Part shown: positions 1-8,676 of the stretch, piece by piece
Layout: each line of letters opens with the position of its first letter
How positions within the stretch are numbered: the first letter of the stretch is position 1
Origin: Nitrospirota bacterium
Lineage (GTDB): Bacteria; Nitrospirota; Thermodesulfovibrionia; Thermodesulfovibrionales; UBA6898
Assembly (NCBI GenBank): GCA_035873255.1
Contig: JAYWMP010000141.1
Location: 1 to 29,559, forward strand
Reading direction: 5' to 3'
DNA length: 29,559 nt
Notes under the pieces: generated by a model
The model's database searches: none
What the model was told of the DNA's origin: nothing
What the model saw: only the letters and a program-made list of their open reading frames with translations
Program-made: the position numbers and the translations under genes

Positions 1-834
1 TTAAAGACAACGGTTTTGATGGTAACATTGACACTGATGCTGATAGCGATTGGGGGTATCCTGGGTGGTAAAACAGGGATGACCCTTGCCTTCATCATAG
101 CCTTCGCCATGAATTTTATCTCATACTGGTTCAGTGACAAAATTGTGCTCAAGATGTACAAGGCGCAGCCGGTCTCGCAATCAGACGCCCCGGAACTGTA
201 TACGATGGTAAGAAGACTTGCGCAAAAGGCGGGACTTCCAATGCCAAAGGTTTATATCATTAAAAAGGCCCAGCCGAATGCCTTTGCAACGGGACGGAAT
301 CCTGCAAACGGCGCGGTTGCCGTCACTTCAGGTATAATGCAGATCCTCACAAGGGAAGAGCTGGAGGGTGTCATCGCGCATGAGCTCGCCCATATTAAAC
401 ACAGGGACATCCTTGTTGGTACAATCGCGGCCACACTGGCCGGAGCAATAAGCTATCTTGCGCAGATGGCGCAGTGGGCGATGATCTTCGGGGGAAGGCA
501 GGATGATGACGATGGAGGAAGCCCGATTGCCGCCATTGTCATGATGATCGTCGGCCCTATAGCCGCAATGCTGGTGCAGATGGCGATATCACGCTCAAGG
601 GAATATGGGGCTGATGCCGCCGGTGCAAGGATTTCAGGCAACCCGGCGTATCTTTCCAGCGCACTCAAAAAACTGCATATGGCATCCCAGAAGATACCGA
701 TGGATGTGAATCCCGCGACATCCCATATGTTTATCGTGAATCCGCTTAAAGGCGGTTGGCTTTTAAAGCTCTTCAGCACGCATCCGCCGATGGAGGAGAG
801 GATTGCACGGCTGGATTCGATGAGATCGGTATGA
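1..834 (+). CDS. htpX: Zinc metalloprotease HtpX (M48 family), 5'-truncated by the window edge
   Basis: HELAH (HExxH) motif, PNAFATG motif, SRSREYGAD and [10 protein letters not shown] motifs. The frame is open from base 1 (LKTTVLM...), so the true start probably lies upstream of the window. Confidence 0.93.
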   Translation, partial: LKTTVLMVTLTLMLIAIGGILGGKTGMTLAFIIAFAMNFISYWFSDKIVLKMYKAQPVSQSDAPELYTMVRRLAQKAGLPMPKVYIIKKAQPNAFATGRNPANGAVAVTSGIMQILTREELEGVIAHELAHIKHRDILVGTIAATLAGAISYLAQMAQWAMIFGGRQDDDDGGSPIAAIVMMIVGPIAAMLVQMAISRSREYGADAAGARISGNPAYLSSALKKLHMASQKIPMDVNPATSHMFIVNPLKGGWLLKLFSTHPPMEERIARLDSMRSV

Positions 835-840
835 TATCCC

Positions 841-883
841 GGACATTATCTGATCTGATAAGTCCCTGCTTTTCCTTTAACAT
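841..883 (+). terminator. Possible weak intrinsic terminator after htpX
   Basis: GGAC(A)TTATC-6 nt loop-GATAAGTCC: 9-bp stem with a 1-nt bulge, followed by CTGCTTTTCCTTT. Confidence 0.3.
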
Positions 884-1049
884 CTCGTAATCAAACAAAT
901 CCTGGCCATTCGGATGTTCATTCCGTATGGTGACAGCCCTTAATCCGTGCCAGGCGAAACCCGCAAATTATAGTGGCAGATCCGATATCCCAGGTGTTTT
1001 TCTTTTCCGGCCACATTCCAGAAAACGATACTCTTATTATATAAAAAGC

Positions 1050-1078
1050 TTGACAAGAGTGTAAAAGATTTATAATAT
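1050..1078 (+). promoter_or_regulatory. Candidate sigma70 promoter of the magnetosome cluster
   Basis: Perfect TTGACA at 1050-1055. TATAAT at 1071-1076 (15-nt spacer) or overlapping TAATAT at 1073-1078 (17-nt spacer). Very AT-rich stretch ~120 nt upstream of the first cluster ATG. Confidence 0.6.
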
Positions 1079-1090
1079 CAACATTATTGT

Positions 1091-1111
1091 AATTATAAGT
1101 TGATTATAATT
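1091..1111. promoter_or_regulatory. Inverted repeat AATTATAA-N5-TTATAATT, candidate operator
   Basis: Perfect 8-5-8 inverted repeat just downstream of the candidate -10. It is A/T-only in an AT-rich region, so it could be chance. Confidence 0.3.
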
Positions 1112-1199
1112 TTTTATATATTTGAAAAACTCGTTTTTAATCAGGCGGAAATTTGCCTGAAAGCAGGAAATATGACACAGTGCTAAAGAAGGCCAGGCT

Positions 1200-1700
1200 A
1201 TGAAATCAGCAGCCAAAAAAGGTGTTTCATACAGCAAAAGCCTTGTCACGGAAACCGGCAGGTATGTCCGGGCGACTGCCGAGTATACAGGTCTCCTCAC
1301 CGCAAGCTACGCAGTAAGGAGCGGCAATCTGTTAACAAGTGCCGTGAGCAGGCTAGCCGAGCCGATAAAAAAGATATCTTTAAACTCACCCCTGAAATAC
1401 TGCAGGGAGACTGTCTCCCTGGTCGCCTCATTAACAAGCGCCGGGGTCAAGGGCCTTGGCAATGTAATCCCCGGATCCGGAGTAAAGCCGCCTGTCCTCG
1501 ACCCTGAAAGGATAGCGAGGATAGAAGAGATGCTTATGCGGATAGACAGGCGTCTTGCGGAAATGGAGAGTGGGGGAAGAGTTCACAGGTCGAAGACTGT
1601 TACTCATGCTGTCACCCAGGAAAAGGCGAAGCTGGGCGGGGCAAGGGACATGCTGTTGCGTCAACTCGTTGAGGCCAACAAGCAATTGAAAGAGGCGTGA
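1200..1700 (+). CDS. Magnetosome-cluster protein of unknown function with C-terminal coiled-coil segments (possibly Man1-like)
   Basis: 166 aa ORF with basic N-terminus, heptad-like ERIARIEEMLMRIDRRLAEME and C-terminal MLLRQLVEANKQLKEA. Lies directly upstream of mamK on the same strand. Confidence 0.65.
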   Translation: MKSAAKKGVSYSKSLVTETGRYVRATAEYTGLLTASYAVRSGNLLTSAVSRLAEPIKKISLNSPLKYCRETVSLVASLTSAGVKGLGNVIPGSGVKPPVLDPERIARIEEMLMRIDRRLAEMESGGRVHRSKTVTHAVTQEKAKLGGARDMLLRQLVEANKQLKEA

Positions 1701-1744
1701 CCAACGCCTGGGCGCGTACGGAAATTAAAGAGAGGAGTTTACAT

Positions 1745-2800
1745 ATGACCAAGCCGAAGCTTTTAAACGTGGGGATTGACCTTGGGACGTCAAGAAGTGT
1801 TATTGCCTGTGATAATGGTATGAGGATGTTTCTTCCGAGTTACGTGGGATTTCCAAAGGACAGTGTGTCGCAAAAGATGCTCGGAAAGAAAGTTGTCTTC
1901 GGGGAAGAGACGCTCAGGCACAGGATGTCCCTCGATTTCTTCAGGCCTATCGAGGCCGGTGTGTTGAAACACTCTGATGACCCTGATAAGGATCCCGGGG
2001 GCTACGGGAAGACCGTGGAAGTAGCAAGGACGCTCCTTGCGCACCTTGTTGAGCAGGTGACTGCTGAGGAGGAAGGGGATGTTGTGCTCCGTGGGGTTAT
2101 CGGGGCGCCTGCCCTGGCCAGCAGAAAGAATAAAAAGGCGCTTCTGGACATATCAAAGGGCATATTCGAGACGGTCATGATAGCCTCCGAACCCTTTTGT
2201 GTTGCTTATGGTCTGGGGCATCTGAGTAACGCTCTTGTCATAGATATAGGCGCTGGAACCGTTGACCTATGCCGGATGCACGGCACAGTGCCTGACGAGG
2301 CGGACCAGATAACCACGTTTAAGGCAGGGGACACGATAGACCAGGTCTTTTACGAACTTATAACCAAAAAGTATCCGGAAGCAGGCCTTACGGTTAATAT
2401 GGTGAAGCGTTTCAAGGAAGAAAACGCCACTGTTTCCGATCATGGAGACGCGATTTTTATTGAACTCCCAGTGAACGGAAAGCCAGAGATGCTTGATGTG
2501 ACAGAGGAACTAAGAGGGGCCTGCAGGGAAATAGTTCCGCACATAGTGGCCGGCATAAAGAAACTCGTTGCAACTTATGACCCCGAGTTTCAGAACGAAC
2601 TGAAAAATAAAGTAATACTGGCCGGGGGCGGGAGCCAGATAATAGGATTGGCGAAGGAGATAGAGGACTTCATGCACACGGCCCTCGGCTCCGGCAGGGT
2701 AACCAGGATCGAAGAGCCCCTTTATGCCGGTGCTAACGGGGCTTTGATGCTTGCTAAAGATATGCCCGACGAGTACTGGTATGAGTTGAGCGAGGCGTAA
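1745..2800 (+). CDS. mamK: Magnetosome actin-like cytoskeletal protein MamK
   Basis: Actin-fold motifs GIDLGTS, SEPF, DIGAGTVD, AGGGSQI and MamK-type C-terminus DMPDEYW. ATG at 1745 (MTKPKLL) follows SD GAGAGGAG; the track's 1697 start is an upstream GTG. Confidence 0.92.
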   Translation: MTKPKLLNVGIDLGTSRSVIACDNGMRMFLPSYVGFPKDSVSQKMLGKKVVFGEETLRHRMSLDFFRPIEAGVLKHSDDPDKDPGGYGKTVEVARTLLAHLVEQVTAEEEGDVVLRGVIGAPALASRKNKKALLDISKGIFETVMIASEPFCVAYGLGHLSNALVIDIGAGTVDLCRMHGTVPDEADQITTFKAGDTIDQVFYELITKKYPEAGLTVNMVKRFKEENATVSDHGDAIFIELPVNGKPEMLDVTEELRGACREIVPHIVAGIKKLVATYDPEFQNELKNKVILAGGGSQIIGLAKEIEDFMHTALGSGRVTRIEEPLYAGANGALMLAKDMPDEYWYELSEA

Positions 2801-2803
2801 AGG

Positions 2804-3016
2804 ATGAAGGTTAAGTGGCTGCTTGCGCTGATTTTCCTTTTTCTCGCTGTTGTATTTCTGGACCAGAACAATGTGCCCGTGCCTGTAAAGGTGATCTTTG
2901 GTAAACCTTTTTATTTCCGCCTGAGTCTTATAATCCTGGTGAGCATCGGTGTCGGCGCATTGCTGACCCTGGCGGGGATCAGGCTGCGGAAGCAGATCAA
3001 CGCTAAAAGACCTTAA
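2804..3016 (+). CDS. Small two-TM LapA-like membrane protein with basic C-tail (MamL/Man2-like)
   Basis: 70 aa, hydrophobic helix - QNNVPVPV - hydrophobic helix - RLRKQINAKRP. This is the architecture of MamL-type proteins, in a cluster with no other mamL candidate. Confidence 0.6.
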   Translation: MKVKWLLALIFLFLAVVFLDQNNVPVPVKVIFGKPFYFRLSLIILVSIGVGALLTLAGIRLRKQINAKRP

Positions 3017-3029
3017 GGAGGTTAGAGAG

Positions 3030-3380
3030 ATGGGGAAGGGACTGCGTTATAATATCGAGCATATTGGAGACACCTTTATTGATGTGATAATCAGGGCGTC
3101 AGACGCTGCAAGGACATCTGCAAAAGGGATTGTTCTGACTTATGATCTGAACGACCTTAAAAGGAAGAGAAGAGAGATTGTTCGCAGCATAGGGGAGAGG
3201 CTTGTACAGTTAAGGAAAGATGAGCCCGGCTTCAACATAGCAGCGGATGAAGAGATGACCCGCCTCCTGTCTGAATTCGACAGGACCGAAAAGGAGATCG
3301 AGGCTGCCGAAACGGAGATTAAAGAGAGGCTCTACCCATGCAAGAGTGAAACGGACCAGATAAAAAATACCGGTTATTGA
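3030..3380 (+). CDS. mad10: Mad10-like coiled-coil magnetosome protein
   Basis: 116 aa, strong SD AAGGAGG, charged helix YDLNDLKRKRREIVRSIGERLVQLRK and ERLYP ending. These resemble Mad10 as I recall it; the symbol is tentative. Confidence 0.55.
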   Translation: MGKGLRYNIEHIGDTFIDVIIRASDAARTSAKGIVLTYDLNDLKRKRREIVRSIGERLVQLRKDEPGFNIAADEEMTRLLSEFDRTEKEIEAAETEIKERLYPCKSETDQIKNTGY

Positions 3381-3397
3381 GAAAGGAGGCAGGCTTT

Positions 3398-3574
3398 ATG
3401 TCAAAGATTTTCGCTGGTGTCTTTTTCGGGGTTTTTATCGGCGCCCTGGCCTACGAGACGCTTAACAGAAGTAATCCCGAGCTGGTTCAAAGAATCAGGA
3501 GTAAAGTATCGAAAAAGCTGGACGACTATCTCGGTCCGATAGAGACCATCGAAGAAGGGGCGCAGCCTGAATGA
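3398..3574 (+). CDS. Small single-TM magnetosome-cluster protein (possibly Man3-like)
   Basis: ATG at 3398 after SD AAGGAGG. 58 aa with Gly-rich TM (FAGVFFGVFIGALAY) and amphipathic tail. Stop overlaps the mamP start (ATGA). Confidence 0.65.
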   Translation: MSKIFAGVFFGVFIGALAYETLNRSNPELVQRIRSKVSKKLDDYLGPIETIEEGAQPE

Positions 3575-4530
3575 GCTTTCCCCGCAAGATTGAAAGTCCT
3601 GTCTTTGTGGTCCTGATCGTATTAATTGGAATATATTTCTATTTCATTTACCCGAGCAGTATCTCCATCCCCATCCCGGATCTGAGTTTCCGGAACTGGG
3701 ATGAGAGGTTTTCTTCTCTCAGAAACGGCGATTTTTACGGCGCCCTTGTTGGTGAGCAGGACCGATCATATCACTATCAGGATGATGACCAGCAGGCCGT
3801 TGTGTTTAATAACAACATAGCAGACCCAGGGGTCTCGCCGGGGGATTTCCTTCAGCAGGGCGGCCAGACCCAGTCAGAGTGGTTTGTCAATCCCCTGAAG
3901 CAATCGCCACAGCTTAATGACCAGGTCAACGGACTGGTTCCTGTCGGGAACGTGCCTCAGCCACCAGTCGTACAGCAAGCGGCGCCGGACAAAGTGCTGC
4001 AGGAGGGACACTGGATCGGCCTTGAAGTGATCGGCCTTTCGTCTGCTATCGCAAGGGCCAACAATATTCCTGATGATGTCAGGGGTGTACTCATAGACGA
4101 GGTGACGCTGCTTGCCGCAGAATCAGGCCTTCTTGCGGGAGACGTGATTACAGGGGTTGCCGGATCCCGGTTGCAGGACCTCCGTTCATTCAAAGATGCG
4201 ACCCGGAAGGTGGCCGGTCTTCGTCAGGCAGTGGTCTCTGTTTTCAGGAAAGACAGGAATTTCGATATAGAGGTTGTCGGAACCGAAGAACTCGGGATCG
4301 CCCAGATGGAGGCCGCACCGATGATAACTGCCGCTGCTACCCGGCCCCACGGCTATTATGGTCCCTGCGACAGGTGCCATACTATATCGAAGACCACATT
4401 CAATCCCGGTCACCTGGCAAAGGACCAGGGAGATGTACTGGCCAGGACCGCACCCCCGATCGGGACAGGCGCAGCGCGACCGCACAGGGAAAGGGGAGAT
4501 TGTACCAGTTGTCACACGATATTGCCCTGA
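3571..4530 (+). CDS. mamP: MamP: TM anchor, PDZ domain and two magnetochrome c-type heme domains
   Basis: N-terminal TM, PDZ (HWIGLEV...GVLIDEV...GLLAGDVI), two PHx5CxxCH motifs (PHGYYGPCDRCH, PHRERGDCTSCH). Confidence 0.92.
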   Translation: MSFPRKIESPVFVVLIVLIGIYFYFIYPSSISIPIPDLSFRNWDERFSSLRNGDFYGALVGEQDRSYHYQDDDQQAVVFNNNIADPGVSPGDFLQQGGQTQSEWFVNPLKQSPQLNDQVNGLVPVGNVPQPPVVQQAAPDKVLQEGHWIGLEVIGLSSAIARANNIPDDVRGVLIDEVTLLAAESGLLAGDVITGVAGSRLQDLRSFKDATRKVAGLRQAVVSVFRKDRNFDIEVVGTEELGIAQMEAAPMITAAATRPHGYYGPCDRCHTISKTTFNPGHLAKDQGDVLARTAPPIGTGAARPHRERGDCTSCHTILP

Positions 4531-5432
4531 CAAACGAGACGTCCGGCGAGTTTTCCGACTGCACCTCGTGTGAAAAGAGGGCCGTCTGGGTTTCTGTTCT
4601 TCTGAACCTGGCCCTCACGATCTTCAAGGCCGTTATAGGTGTCTTCAGCGGAAGTAAGGCAGTGCTCGGTGACGCCCTCTATTCATTAAAAGACTTCGTG
4701 GCCTCCCTTGCGGTGCTCATAGGTGTGAGGGTCTCCAACAAACCGGCCGACAAGAACCATCCTTATGGACACGGCAAGATAGAATACGTAGTGGTTTTTC
4801 TTATCAGCATCCTCATAATCGGGGCGTCAGTATTCCTCTTTGTTCACTCTGTAAAGAATCTCTGGCTTGCCTTTGACGGTCATCACATGTCTCCGCCGAA
4901 GTTCATCGCCTTTTTTGCCGCTATTATATCAGTAATAGCGAATTACAAGCTTTCCGGCTATCTCCGCTGTGTCGGCACGAGGCTCAAGAGCCCTGCTATA
5001 CTGGCCAGCGCTGAACATAACCATTCCGACGCCACGTCCTCTATCCTTGTTGCAGGGGCGATTCTCGGGGCAAGGTTCGGTTTTTATTTCCTTGACCCCC
5101 TGGCCGCCGCCATCGAGACCGTGGACCTGCTGAGGCTGAGTGTCAACATGTTGAACCACTCCCTGACAGGTATGCTCGACTCGAGTGAGAGCGCTGATGT
5201 GAAGGAGGAGATAAGGACGGTCGCCGCCCTTGTCCCGGGTGTCAGGGGGATCCCGATGCTCAAGTCAAGGCGGGTTGGCCAGAATAAGTGGATAGATATC
5301 ATCATCAAAGTTGATCAGGACCGCTCTGTTGAAGAGGGACACAGGATCGGTCTGCATGTTGAGCAGACGCTGAAAAAAGCCATCGGTAATATTGCCGGTA
5401 TAACTTTATCCGTGGAACCGGAGGTCAAGTGA
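4509..5432 (+). CDS. mamM: Magnetosome CDF iron transporter MamM (start codon uncertain, non-ATG)
   Basis: CDF fold with MamM-type sites DALYSLKD (Y-x3-D) and HNHSD, HPYGHGKIEY, and N-terminal CxxC. No in-frame ATG near the expected start; candidates are TTG 4509, TTG 4500 and CTG 4527. Confidence 0.88.
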   Translation: MSHDIALTNETSGEFSDCTSCEKRAVWVSVLLNLALTIFKAVIGVFSGSKAVLGDALYSLKDFVASLAVLIGVRVSNKPADKNHPYGHGKIEYVVVFLISILIIGASVFLFVHSVKNLWLAFDGHHMSPPKFIAFFAAIISVIANYKLSGYLRCVGTRLKSPAILASAEHNHSDATSSILVAGAILGARFGFYFLDPLAAAIETVDLLRLSVNMLNHSLTGMLDSSESADVKEEIRTVAALVPGVRGIPMLKSRRVGQNKWIDIIIKVDQDRSVEEGHRIGLHVEQTLKKAIGNIAGITLSVEPEVK

Positions 5433-5545
5433 CTCTTGCGTATTTTCGGGGTTGTCCACGGAGAGACAGAGAAGATCCGGCCCGGTTGCATGCGCGAGAC
5501 GGGATGCCTGGCGTTGCAGGAATTTGGAATAGTGAAAGAGAATAG

Positions 5546-6202
5546 ATGAAAAGAGACTGGCTCATTAAGGCGCTCGACCTGACGGGAGCTTCCCTGCCAT
5601 CAATACAGAGGAAGGTGGCGGAGCGGAGGCTTGAATTCGAGCTACGACATGAAGGGAGGTCAAAGGAATTTATCTCACATGTCCTCGGCAGCCGCCTTAT
5701 AAAGGAGAAGGCATTGCGGACAGGTGGTATGGGCGGGATTCTTGCCGCGCCTGCAACGCTCCCGGTGATCGGCGCCATAGGAACAATAGCCGTGGGTGTG
5801 ACTGTGGACCTCTTCTATCTCATGCGTGCCCAGGTGGATCTCTGCTATGAGATGTCCGCTACTTACGGGACAGAGTTGGACGAAGAGGAATTAAAGGCTG
5901 TTGTGCTCGCCCTGCTCGGCCTTTCTGGCAGCGCAGGGGCCCTTAAGGGGATAGCCGCAACCACGCTGAAGAATGTGGTTGACCATATGTCTTCGAGCTA
6001 CCTGAGGAAGGGGTTGAGCAAGTCGGCGGCGGAGGTGGCTGAAAAGATGGGCCCCCGGATACTGGGCAAGGCCTACAGGCTGATCCCCCTGCTGGGTATA
6101 CCTCTGAGCGCCTCCATCAACATGGTATCAACCATGATGGTCGGCAACCAGGCGAGAAAGTATTTCAGGACGACGGGAGAGGGCTTGATTAATGAGATAT
6201 AA
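5546..6202 (+). CDS. EcsC-family-like protein (possibly Mad31-like)
   Basis: 218 aa with EcsC-like pattern (TGGMGGILAAP...DLFYLMRAQVDLCYEMSATYG...RLIPLLGIPLSASIN...VGNQARKYF). Overlaps the next gene by 11 nt. Confidence 0.6.
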   Translation: MKRDWLIKALDLTGASLPSIQRKVAERRLEFELRHEGRSKEFISHVLGSRLIKEKALRTGGMGGILAAPATLPVIGAIGTIAVGVTVDLFYLMRAQVDLCYEMSATYGTELDEEELKAVVLALLGLSGSAGALKGIAATTLKNVVDHMSSSYLRKGLSKSAAEVAEKMGPRILGKAYRLIPLLGIPLSASINMVSTMMVGNQARKYFRTTGEGLINEI

Positions 6203-6752
6203 GGCGAAAATCCTGCTGATCACATTGTCGGTATTCCTGGTCTCTTTTGCAGCTTTTGGCTACAACAGGTTTATTGACAAATTGCACCTTCTCCATATAG
6301 CCAATGGCAGGGTTGAGGCCGAGCTGCAGCGCAGGTATATCGTCAACTCCCGGAGCAGGGCGGCGGCTGAGCAGTACCTGGAGACAGAGGGTAAGATACA
6401 GGAGCACCTGATTGAGCTTAATCGGCTCATCAGGTCCGGCGTGCAGGCAGGCAGGCAGGCGGAGACCGAAAAGGAATTGGTCGGACTGGTCGAAAGGCTC
6501 GATGTGTTGAAGGAGGAATATCCAGGGCTCAGAACAAAGGGCCCCTATCTCTTTCTGATGGAGACTATCCAGGATTCGGGCTGGCGGGTGACCATGGAGA
6601 AGTTCCGATACAATGAAGCTGTTTATGATTACAACCTTATAAGGCATATATTCCCCTTTAAAACCCTTGCCTTCCTGTTCGGTTTTCACGAGGAGTCTTT
6701 CATGAAGGCGGAGAAGGGAGCAGAACGGGTTCCCGGCGTCGGTCGGTCTTAA
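6192..6752 (+). CDS. mamQ: Divergent LemA-family protein, second MamQ paralog
   Basis: N-terminal TM, then VEAELQRR...YPGLR...YNEAVYDYNLIRHIFPFKTLAFLFGF, a LemA signature. Confidence 0.75.
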   Translation: MRYKAKILLITLSVFLVSFAAFGYNRFIDKLHLLHIANGRVEAELQRRYIVNSRSRAAAEQYLETEGKIQEHLIELNRLIRSGVQAGRQAETEKELVGLVERLDVLKEEYPGLRTKGPYLFLMETIQDSGWRVTMEKFRYNEAVYDYNLIRHIFPFKTLAFLFGFHEESFMKAEKGAERVPGVGRS

Positions 6753-6761
6753 GCAGAGCGA

Positions 6762-7685
6762 ATGCAATACGAAGAATGTATAAAATGTGCAAAGTGGTCC
6801 CCGCGCCTGAGCGTGTTGGGCAATCTCCTTGCGGCTGTCTTTAAGTTCGTTGTGGGAGTGCTCGCCGGCAGCAAGGGGCTGGTGGCCGACTCTCTCCATT
6901 CAGCGGCTGACGCCATCTCTTCGCTCTTTATACTCATATCCCTGAAGATATCGGGCAAGCCCAGGGACGAGGACCATCCGTACGGTCACGGCAAGGTGGA
7001 GTACATCAGTTCTCTTGTAGCGAGTGTCTTCCTCTTTTTCGGCGCCACGGCAATATTTCTTGATGCCCTGCACACATTCAGCGCCGGCGGAGTGAGGGGT
7101 GTCCCTAAGAATGCCGCGATAGTGGCGACCGTCATCTCTCTCATCTATAGCTACCTGATGTACTCGTCGAACAAGTGTACCGGCACACAGATGGAAAGCC
7201 CCGCCCTTCTGGCTGACGCGGCTGAAAGCAAGGCTGACAGTGCGGCCTCTATTGCGGTGCTGGCCGGGCTTATAGGCACGAAGATTGGGTTTGTTCATGC
7301 CGATACCATCGCCGCCGTGGTGGTATCACTCCTGGTCTTTCACATGAGCGTGGAGATCTTCTTCACCGGCGTGCACGGCCTGGTGGATGTGGCTGTGGAC
7401 AAGGAACTGCTTGATGAAATCCTGGGAGTGAGCCAGGCAGTGGAAGGGGTCAGGGGAGTGAGTGATATAAAGACCCGCCGGATGGGACAGAAAAACGCTG
7501 TCGACATCAGTGTGGAAGTGCCGAGCGAGACCAGCGTCCTTGAGGCACACAGGATAGCCGGGAACGTCAAGGCCGCGATACAGGACCGGATAGGCAGTGT
7601 GGAAGCAATATTTGTGAGGACTGTCCCTGAAGGGACTCCCTGGGCGAGGCGGCTTGTGAGGAATATCCTGGATTTCAGATTGTAG
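6762..7685 (+). CDS. mamB: Magnetosome CDF transporter MamB
   Basis: N-terminal MQYEECIKC, ADSLHSAAD (H-x3-D), HPYGHGKVEY, and C-terminal cytosolic domain (KTRRMGQ...EAHRIA). Confidence 0.9.
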   Translation: MQYEECIKCAKWSPRLSVLGNLLAAVFKFVVGVLAGSKGLVADSLHSAADAISSLFILISLKISGKPRDEDHPYGHGKVEYISSLVASVFLFFGATAIFLDALHTFSAGGVRGVPKNAAIVATVISLIYSYLMYSSNKCTGTQMESPALLADAAESKADSAASIAVLAGLIGTKIGFVHADTIAAVVVSLLVFHMSVEIFFTGVHGLVDVAVDKELLDEILGVSQAVEGVRGVSDIKTRRMGQKNAVDISVEVPSETSVLEAHRIAGNVKAAIQDRIGSVEAIFVRTVPEGTPWARRLVRNILDFRL

Positions 7686-7729
7686 GTTGTTATTTCGGAA
7701 GGTTATAACCTGTAATCTGAAATGCAGGA
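7666..7729 (+). other. Long RNA stem-loop spanning the mamB stop and the mamB-mamA spacer
   Basis: 7672-7690 pairs with 7705-7723 (19 bp, 3 G-U). After one G/G mismatch, 7666-7670 pairs with 7725-7729. 14-nt loop, no U-tract. Confidence 0.6.
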
Positions 7730-7750
7730 CGATAAAAGGAGGTATTATCA

Positions 7751-8404
7751 ATGTCATTAATTGATTTGAGCGAACTCAGGTTTTTTCTCAAGGCGGTTTC
7801 CATTAATGCCGGAAAAGTTGTTGACACACTGGTCGACAGGTATAACCAGTTGCTTCAGCTGAAACCGGAGCAGGCACGGGATGTATATTTCGGGATCGGC
7901 AGGGACCTTGAAAAAAAGGGTGACCGTCCGGGCGCCATAAAGGCCTACAAAAAGGTGCTGGCGGAACTGAAACCCGACGATACGGAGGTCCTCTTCAGGC
8001 TCGGAAGGACTTACCTTGAATCCGGCATGGCCAGGGAGGCCTCGGAGGTGTTCGAGAGGTTCACGGTGATAGAGAGTAGTTCTCCCATCGCTTGGTACCT
8101 GCTCGGGGTGGCCTGCTTTTCGATTGAAGAACCCGCGAAGGCGGAGGGGGCCTTCAAGGAGGCGATAGGCCTTGACAGCGGCTATGCCGAGGCCTATTAC
8201 AAGCTCGGGCTGATATACGACGGTCGGGCTGATTTTGACAAGGCGATCGAGATGTATCAGAAGACAATCGCCCTGAAGCCAGATTTTGTAAAGGCCTACC
8301 AGAGCATAGGTCTGACGTACGAGGGGAAGGGCATGCGTGAAGAAGCGGTGAAATATTTCAAGAAATCGATTGAACTGGACGAGAAGAAACTACAGTACAA
8401 ATAA
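7751..8404 (+). CDS. mamA: TPR scaffold protein MamA
   Basis: Tandem TPR motifs (e.g. AYYKLGLIYDGRADFDKAIEMYQKTIALKP), SD AAGGAGGT, position between mamB and mamI. Confidence 0.88.
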   Translation: MSLIDLSELRFFLKAVSINAGKVVDTLVDRYNQLLQLKPEQARDVYFGIGRDLEKKGDRPGAIKAYKKVLAELKPDDTEVLFRLGRTYLESGMAREASEVFERFTVIESSSPIAWYLLGVACFSIEEPAKAEGAFKEAIGLDSGYAEAYYKLGLIYDGRADFDKAIEMYQKTIALKPDFVKAYQSIGLTYEGKGMREEAVKYFKKSIELDEKKLQYK

Positions 8405-8440
8405 AAAATTAAACTTTGATGGTATGAAAAGGAGGAGATC

Positions 8441-8659
8441 ATGTTAAATATTGTATTCGGCCTTATTGCGATATGCCTTGGGATCTGGGGGTTATTCAAC
8501 TACTGGTGGTATGTGCTTGATGTCTTTATCGCCATACTACCCATCGTGCTTATTACAGGTGGAGTGGTGGCACTTCTCGCGGGCATAAAGAATACAGGGC
8601 TGAGGACCAAGGTCAGGGAAGACAAAGCTCGGAATGCCGAGAGCGTTTCCGACATATAG
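8441..8659 (+). CDS. mamI: Magnetosome membrane protein MamI
   Basis: 72 aa, two TM helices, LGIWGLFNYWW and GGVVALLAGIK motifs typical of MamI. Confidence 0.88.
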   Translation: MLNIVFGLIAICLGIWGLFNYWWYVLDVFIAILPIVLITGGVVALLAGIKNTGLRTKVREDKARNAESVSDI

Positions 8660-8676
8660 AGATAAGGAGACGAGTT

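Noticed and set aside
1070-1090. Fur box upstream of the cluster
   Set aside because: The best manual alignments matched only about half of the 19-bp consensus, as expected for AT-rich DNA.
1745-2800. Actin-like gene as housekeeping mreB or as mad28
   Set aside because: The N-terminal SRSVIACDNG and C-terminal DMPDEYW patterns, plus the mam context, match MamK. No mreCD follows.
4501-4572. CTSC occurring in both the last MamP heme motif and the MamM N-terminus as a local duplication
   Set aside because: The codons differ and each motif is expected from its own family.
5429-5545. 38-codon open stretch from a GTGA overlap ending in TAG directly before the ATG at 5546 (possible readthrough or nonsense mutation)
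   Set aside because: An open run this short is common by chance and the peptide resembles nothing I recognise. It would need homolog alignment to revisit.
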